Shown here: positions 56,406 through 64,000 of the stretch, one piece after another
Position numbering within the stretch: the stretch's first letter is position 1
How the letters are laid out: each line of letters starts with the position of its first letter
Source: Octopus vulgaris
Taxonomy: Eukaryota
Length of the DNA: 64,000 nt
Assembly: GCA_951406725.2 (NCBI GenBank)
Contig: OX597839.1
Location: 19,592,001 to 19,656,000, forward strand
Direction of reading: 5' to 3'
The notes under the pieces: generated by a model
Database searches by the model: none
Seen by the model: the letters and a program-made list of their open reading frames with translations, nothing else
Told to the model about the DNA's origin: nothing
Translations under genes and position numbers: made by a program

Positions 56406-56556
56406 AAGAAGAAGAAGAAGGAGGAGGAGAAGAAGATGAAGAAGAAGAAGAAAAGAAGAAGAAGAAGAAGAAGAAGAAGATGAAGAAGATGAAGAAGAAG
56501 AAGGAGATGAAGAAGATGGAGGAGAAGAAGAAGAAGAAGAAGAAGAAGGAGATGAA

Positions 56557-56587
<31 letters not shown>

Positions 56588-56762
56588 AAGAAGAAGAAGA
56601 AGAAGAAGAAGAAGAAGAAGAAGATGAAGAAGATGAAGAAGAAGAAGGAGATGAAGAAGATGGAGGAGAAGAAGAAGAAGAAGAAGAAGAAGGAGATGAA
56701 GAAGAAGAAGAAGAAGAAGAAGAAGAAGAAGAAGAAGAAGAAGAAGAAGAAGAAGAAGAAGA
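56375..56762. repeat. (AAG)n array with an internal ~120-bp duplication
   Basis: The interruption pattern gatgaagaagatgaag..ggagatgaagaagatggaggag occurs twice. Confidence 0.92.
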
Positions 56763-57542
56763 CCCCGACGACGACCATCAACCATCACAACAATTACGAG
56801 GATGAGGGAAGATGGTGACAATGATGATTATGATGATGACAATGAAGACGACACAGCGATGATGATGACCATCTGGAAGCATAACAAGGAACGGCAAGCC
56901 AGCCAACAGCCATTGCGATCAACTCCAACCAAGTACAATAAAAAAAATAATAACGTCGACACCAACGGAAAAAGCCTTTTGCATCCAAAAAACAAAATGG
57001 GTTCCCAACTTCGCTACTTTCTCACGTGTTAATCCGATCAGCTGGCGTTTGTGATTGGTTGTTTTTATCTTTGTTGACTTAAGTTTATTTTCTTTCTCTT
57101 TTTTTTTTCTGTTTTTGTTATTTTTTTTTTCAAAAAAAAAATACTTATTTTTGTTGTTGTTGTTGTCGTTGTGGTTGTTATTGTAGATAAATATACACCG
57201 CGTTTTGTTTTTCTCATTATTATTTAACAGTCTTGCTATCATCGTCATCGTCGTCGTCGTCGTCGTAGCTGTTGTTCTTGTTGTTGTTGCCGTTTGTTAT
57301 TATTTTTGTTGTTCTCGATATACTGCAGAAGAGAATGGTTATTGTGGTTGCCGATGTCTATTGTTATTTTTGCGTATATGTATATACGTCTGTGTACACA
57401 TACACGCATATATACATGTGTGTGTGTATGTATGTACGTATATATATATATATATGTGTGTGTATGTATATATACATATGTGTGTGTATGCAGGTATGAA
57501 TATATATATATGTATGCAGGTATGAATATATATACATGTATG

Positions 57543-57578
<36 letters not shown>

Positions 57579-57685
57579 GTGTGTGTGTGTGTGTATATAT
57601 ATGCATATATACATGCATAAGTATATATATTTATATATATATGCATACAATAAATATGCTTATATATATGTATATATATATATAT

Positions 57686-57757
<72 letters not shown>

Positions 57758-57814
57758 ATATACATATATATATATTTACTTATGTGTCTATAGATATGTG
57801 TGTGTGTTTATGTG

Positions 57815-57888
<74 letters not shown>

Positions 57889-58180
57889 GCTTTTGTTTAG
57901 TCGTTCTCGTAGACAAACCCAGACAGGCGTTATTGCTGTTATGTCTGCTCTGGGGTGTTATGTTTGTTGTAGTTGTTGTTTTTTCTTTGGTATAATGTTG
58001 TTTATCTTCTACCCAGTTCATGCCCTGTTCCGTACTTTTATCAGTTAACTTTAACCCCGGCTAATCCCACCTCGATTCCTTATACACACACACACACTCA
58101 AACTTTAAACTTTCTGAGTTTACTTTCGTAAAATTATCTCTTCAGCACCGACATACAATTTTATAGGATTCCCTCGCGAA

Positions 58181-58284
<104 letters not shown>

Positions 58285-58947
58285 GTGTATGTGTGTGTGT
58301 ATGTATGTATGTATGTGTGTATGTGTATGTGTGTATGTATGTATGTGTGTATGTATGTGTGTGTATGTATGTATGTATGTGTGTGTGTGTATGTATGTAT
58401 GTATGTATGTATGTGTGTATGTGTGTGTATGTATGTATGTATGTGTGTGTATGTATGTATGTATGTATGTATGTATGTATGTATGTATGTATGTGTGTGT
58501 GTATGTATGTGTGTATATATGTATGTATGTGTGTGTGTATGTATGTATGTATGCAATTGTGTTTGTGGCTTAGGGGTTAGCGTGTTGCGCTTACAATCGC
58601 ATGATCATGGTCTCGCTTTCCTGGAGCGATTAGTGCGTCGTTTTATTGCGCAAGACACTTCCTCTCACGTTGTACGACGCCTGATGAGTGACACAACGCG
58701 CACCTGTACAGGTAAAATAGATTGTGATGGAGCGAGTGAGCTTAGGTACAGAACAACCATTTGACCTCTATAAACAGATCACCTGTGCAGGTTCTTCAGT
58801 ACCAAATTGCGGGCCCTCATCCTGCTCTCACTGGGACAAGCAACGTCGATTATCAATTTTTACTTTTTTGTTTACCACATCAATATCAGGTTTCCGATGT
58901 CCGATCTGATGGTCACACTGTAACATTTCATCCCATAAGATTTTTTA

Positions 58948-60071
58948 TTGGGTTGTCCGGAAAGTTCGTGCCGATTTATAGTAGCTTAAATTTCGACTTA
59001 TTTTAGAACATGGTTGAGTCCATAAAGTAGGATTTGACTACACCTCCGTTTAGAACACAGTTTAAGCTATCTTTTCGTGGAAGAAGATTTATGTTCCTAT
59101 AACCTGTGTTAATTCTGTAACTGTTTAAACTGGAAGATAAGTAAGATCATTTTCGGCACTTGATGCTTTTCTTTTTCCGTAAAGGGGAAAATGCCTCACA
59201 AGCAACCAAACAAATATGCGAGGTTTACAGTGATGTTTCCTTATCCGAAAGACCTGTACGGAAGTGGTCGCGAGGTTCCGAGCTGGAGATTGTAGCCTTA
59301 TTGATGAAGAGCGATCAGGCAGGCTATCCAATACAGATGATGACCAAATCAAGTCATTAATTGAGAATAACCCACATTGCACAACCCGAGAATTGGCAGA
59401 AAGCCTTAACCTATCAAAATCCGTCGTTCATGAGCACCTGGTAAAGCTTGGGTAATGGCAAGTACTGGGTTGTCCGGAAAGTGCGTTCTGATTTTTAAAG
59501 GAAAGCAAAATGTCAATAGATACTTGCCATTACATTTTTAATCAACCAAATATGAACCATTTTGGTGCACAATGCGTCTTCATCTTTCCTTTAACTTGAA
59601 AAATATCCTCTTCCCAGAATTGAGGTGGTTTCATAGCAAAGAATTCATCAAGGTATCTTTTTACGCCATCCAAGGAATTTAAATTTTTACCATTAAGACT
59701 ATTCTGCAGAGACCTGAATAAGTGGAAATCCGAAGGAGCCATATCTGGTGAATATGGAGGGTGGGGTAACACATCCCAGCCGAGGTGCAGCAATTTTTGT
59801 CTGGTTCCCAAAGCATCAAGTGCCGAAAATGAACTTTCTTATCTTCCATTTTAAAGGGTTACAGGTTATAGAAACATAAACCTTTTTCCACGAAAAGATA
59901 GCTTAAACTGTGCTCTAAATGGAGGTGTAGTCAAATCCTATTTTACGGACTCAACTATGTTCTAAAATAACTCGAAAGGTAGGAAATCGGCACGAACTTT
60001 CCGGACAACCCAATATCTATTGACATTTTTCTTTCCTTTAAAAATCGGACCGAACTTTCCGGACAACACAA
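58948..60071 (+). mobile_element. Internally deleted mariner (outer element) retaining the N-terminal HTH region
   Basis: TA-ttgggttgtccggaaagttcg ... cgaactttccggacaacacaa-TA; HLMLFFFRKGENASQATKQICEVY..RFRAGDCSLIDEERSGR..TTRELAESL. Confidence 0.9.
59465..60013 (-). mobile_element. Internally deleted mariner of the same family nested in reverse orientation; retains the C-terminal catalytic segment
   Basis: Own TIRs and TA duplication (59463-59464, 60014-60015); LGWDVLPHPPYSPDMAPSDFHLFRSLQN. Confidence 0.9.
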
Positions 60072-60199
60072 TACATATGTAACTCCCGAAAAATGTGTTG
60101 AGTACCCCTTTCTACGTTTATCAACACACTCTCTCAATATATGTGTGTGTGTGTGTGTGTGTATGCATAAAATCATATATTCTTGAATTGACCGGATAT

Positions 60200-60612
60200 T
60201 ACTCTTTTACTTGTTTCAGTCATTTGACTGCGGCCATGCTGGAGCACCGCCTTTAGTCGAGCAACTCGACCCGGGACTTATTCTTTGTAAGCCCAGTACT
60301 TATTCTATCGGTCTCTTTTTGCCGAACCGCTAAGTGACGGAGACGTAAACACACCAGCATTGGTTGTCAAGCAATGCTAGGGAGACAAACACAGACACGC
60401 AAACATATACATACACATACATATATATATATATATATACATATATACGACAGGCTTCTTTCAGTTTCCGTCTACCAAATCCACTCACAAGGCATTGGTC
60501 GGCCCGAGGCTATAGCAGAAGACACTTGCCCAAGATGCCGCGCAGTGGGACTGAACCTGGAACCATGTGGTTGGTTAGCAAGCTACTTACCACACTGCCA
60601 CTCCTGCGCCTA
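60200..60612 (-). mobile_element. SINE family A, full length, young
   Basis: tRNA-like head, cttgggcaagtgtctt, internal TA/CA tract, aagagta-type tail. Confidence 0.92.
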
Positions 60613-61127
60613 TGGATATATGTACGTTTGAATATATGTTATGTAAAGAAAGAGAGAATAATATTTAAATAAATCACCAGAGAGCGATAAGCTGATTAGC
60701 GTACACTCTAACGCGAACAAACACGCAGACGTACATACACACACTCATACACACTCTCACACAGGGACAAAGTCGCAGACGCACATACACACACACACAC
60801 ATGTAATTCCCATATTTTATAGAAATTTGTAAAAAAGAAATCAATGGAAATATTTGTCGGAGATAACATAGTTATTAACCTTTTAAGCTTTGGTTGACAT
60901 TTCTAAATGTGCGCGCGCACATGTGTGTGCGCCTGTCGGTGTGCGCGCAGAAATGTGCGTGTTTCTGCCTTTACACGTATACATGCATGACACACACACG
61001 CACACACACATACACCAAAAGCCATCTACAACTTTGAAATGTTAATAACAAATGTCTATCTTTGAACTACTTTTGTAGATTAAGTTTGCTAACATATTTG
61101 AAAGAATAATGGAAATATGTTTAGGTT

Positions 61128-61560
61128 ATTACTCTTTTTTTTTTCTTACTCTTTTTACTTGTTTCAGTCATTTGACTGCGGCCATGCTGGAGCACCGCCT
61201 TTAGTCGAGCAAATCGACCCCGGGACTTATTCTTTTTGTAAGCCCAGTACTTATTCTATCGGTTTCTTTTGCCGAACCGCTAAGTGACGGGGACGTAAAC
61301 ACACCAGCATCGGTTGTCAAGCAATGCTAGGAGGACAAACACAGGCACACAAACATATTCACACACACTTATATATATATATATATACATATATACGACA
61401 GGCTTCTATCAGTTTCCGTCTACCAAATCTACTCACAAGGCATTGGTCGGCCCGGGGCTATAGCAGAAGACACGTGCCCAAGATGCCACGCAGTGGGACT
61501 GAACCCGGAACCGTGTGGTTGGTTAGCAAGCTACTTACCACGCAGCCACTCCTGCGCCTA
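61128..61560 (-). mobile_element. SINE family A, full length, young
   Basis: Highly similar to 60200-60612. Confidence 0.92.
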
Positions 61561-62021
61561 TATTGGAGAGAAAAAAATTCTATCATGAAAGCGTCCACTA
61601 TTTTCTGATTAAGAGACTGTGAATCTGTTTTGGACTATGTTCTAAGATGGCTTGAAAAATTCTAGGATATGGACGCCCCTATAGGAAATATATGGAAAAA
61701 ACAGGCCCAGGTTTGGTTCTGCGGTAGGACGTTTCCTTCCGAACGATGTGATTCCGGGTTCCGTTTCACTCTGCATGGTACCTTAGGCCTAGTGGGTTCT
61801 GGGTCGACCAGAGTCTTCTGAGTGGATTCCGCAGACAGAAGCTTAAAGATGCCCATCGTTTCTGTGTGTCTTTATGTGTGTGTATGTATATATATATATA
61901 TATTTCTTTACTACCCACAAGGGGCTAAACACAGAGGGGACAAACAAGGACAGACAATATATATATATATATGCGTATATACATACGTTGATGTACAAAC
62001 TTATATTTATACGTATATATG

Positions 62022-62358
62022 TGAAGGCGCATGGCTCAGTGGTTAGAGCGTCGATCTTACGATCGTCAGATTGTGAGTTCGAATCCCAGACCAGGCTGCA
62101 TGTTGTGTTCTTGAGCAAGAGACTTTATTTCACGTTGCTCGAGTTCATTCAGCTGTAAAAATGAGTTGCGATGTCACAGGTGCCAAGCTGTATCGGCCCC
62201 TTTGCCCTTCCCTTGGATAACATCGGTGACGTGGAGAGGGAAGGCTGGTATGCATGGGCGACTGCTGGTCTTCCAGAAACAACATTGCCCGGACTTGCGC
62301 CTGAGAGGGTAACTTTCTATGTGCAATCCCATGGTCATTCATGACCGAAGGGAGTCTC
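62022..62358 (+). mobile_element. SINE with head C and a further distinct tail
   Basis: gaaggcgcatggctcagtggttagagc..gagttcgaatccc A/B boxes; tgtgttcttgagcaaga; tail ..cccatggtcattcatgaccgaagggagtctc. Confidence 0.8.
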
Positions 62359-62365
62359 AGCAACG

Positions 62366-62415
<50 letters not shown>

Positions 62416-62482
62416 TATGTGAGCACAGGACGTCCCGAAACGTGTACAACAAAAAAATATACGAAGTATGAGTACATGGAAT

Positions 62483-62562
62483 ATGAACAATTGTTTCGAA
62501 CAACGAAAGGTAAAGATGGAAAACAAATCAAACAACATAAAGAACGACCCTTCATCAGTTGT
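62483..62562 (-). ncRNA. Hammerhead-like motif with long stem II
   Basis: CTGATGA-a-GGGT..(~50 nt)..GTTC-GAAA-CAATTG-TT: palindromic ACAATTGT stem III; stem I poor. Confidence 0.45.
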
Positions 62563-62724
62563 TGGCTGTGTTTCTAATCTCGTATTTCGAGCATTTGGCA
62601 ACAATATACGATTTCCATAACACAGTTGCTCCCGCAGAGCAAATTAAAGTTTGGGATTTTTGCGGAGGGCTAAAACTGGTGGCACAAACAGGACAGGGAA
62701 AACAAACAGGAAGGGGCTTGTCAA

Positions 62725-62908
62725 CCATATGGTTCCGGGTTCAGTCCTACGGCATGGCACCTTGGGCAAGTGTCTTTTACTCTAGCCTCGGGTCGACCAA
62801 AGCCTCGTGAGTGGATTTGGTAGACGTATATATGTATTTGTATGTCGGTGTTTGCCACCCCACTATTGCTTGACAACCGATTTTGGTGTGTTTACGTCCT
62901 CGTAACTT
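62725..62908 (+). mobile_element. SINE family A, partial
   Basis: ggttccgggttcagtcc..ggcaccttgggcaagtgtctt..ttgcttgacaaccgattttggtgtgtttacgtcc. Confidence 0.8.
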
Positions 62909-62921
62909 TGTATACATATAT

Positions 62922-62962
<41 letters not shown>

Positions 62963-62964
62963 TA

Positions 62965-63023
<59 letters not shown>

Positions 63024-63067
63024 GTATATATATACACATATATATATACATATATATATGTATATAT

Positions 63068-63114
<47 letters not shown>

Positions 63115-63141
63115 GGTAGATAGAAAAACATACAAACAGAC

Positions 63142-63178
<37 letters not shown>

Positions 63179-63196
63179 AGAGAGAGAGAGAGAGAG

Positions 63197-63276
<80 letters not shown>

Positions 63277-64000
63277 TTGATAGATAGGGGTAATATGTGG
63301 CGTATCTTTTACGTTGTGCATCTTACTAATTAGGCACCGCTTCCATGTTGCATATCTGAGCGGCCATTTGAAAAACAAACTCTGTTTACAACATCCGGCC
63401 GACATCTTCTTTCAAATTTCAAGGCTTCGCTCTTGCAAACGATGTGTTATAAAAAGCGCAAATTCGTAGACCCCCACCACCGCCATTCGCAAGTACATCC
63501 ACAACTGCACGCCAAAGAAGGTGTATGTGAGTGAGAGAGACAGAGAGAGAAAGAGAGAGAGAAAAGGAGAGAGTGAGAGCGTGACTATATGCAGGCGTGT
63601 GTATGTGTGTGTACCCGCGTATACGTGGCCATGTGTGCGTATCCGTTTGTGCGTACTTTATGCTACGTGTTATGGATACGTTTTATATGTTGTAGTTAGT
63701 TAAACGCATTTCTGTATCTGTCTGTCTCGTATCTGACTACAGACATACACACACACACGCACGCACATAGGTACACAGACAGACAGACAGACAGACAGAC
63801 ACACTGAAAAGCATATGCATTCATGCATGCATATCCATGTGTACATATGTATATAAACTGTATATATATATATATATATATGTATGCACATAAGCCTATA
63901 TATATCAATATGAATATATGTGTGTATATATATCCTTATATAGATGTGTGTATATAAATATATATATATATATATATAAATATATATACACATATGTATA

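Noticed and set aside
62022-62100. tRNA gene candidates at SINE heads (also 1633, 6647, 9215, 56177)
   Set aside because: A and B boxes are present but there is no proper acceptor stem, and each continues into a SINE body.

Overview
AT-rich eukaryotic non-coding DNA, saturated with microsatellites: (TA)n, (CA)n, (TACA)n, (GATA)n, (AAT)n, (GAT)n, (AAG)n and (GGT)n. The SINE families and repeat density suggest an octopod cephalopod genome (inference, not verified). I find no convincing host protein-coding exon; nearly all listed ORFs are microsatellite artefacts. Real content is transposon-derived: several tRNA-headed SINE families with swapped heads and tails, one young 5'-truncated RTE LINE with an uninterrupted RT C-terminal frame, two copies of a ~550-bp RTE-like non-autonomous element, many 3' ends of restriction-like-endonuclease (R4/Dong-like) LINEs sitting in (AAT)n or (TACA)n tracts, two non-autonomous Helitrons, and mariner relics including one nested in its own family. 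The most notable hidden signal is about 14 minimal type-I hammerhead ribozyme motifs in short Penelope-like modules. Several lie in fold-back (inverted) structures, and in one the inverted arm starts at the predicted self-cleavage site. All alignments were done by eye, so coordinates may be off by a few bases.
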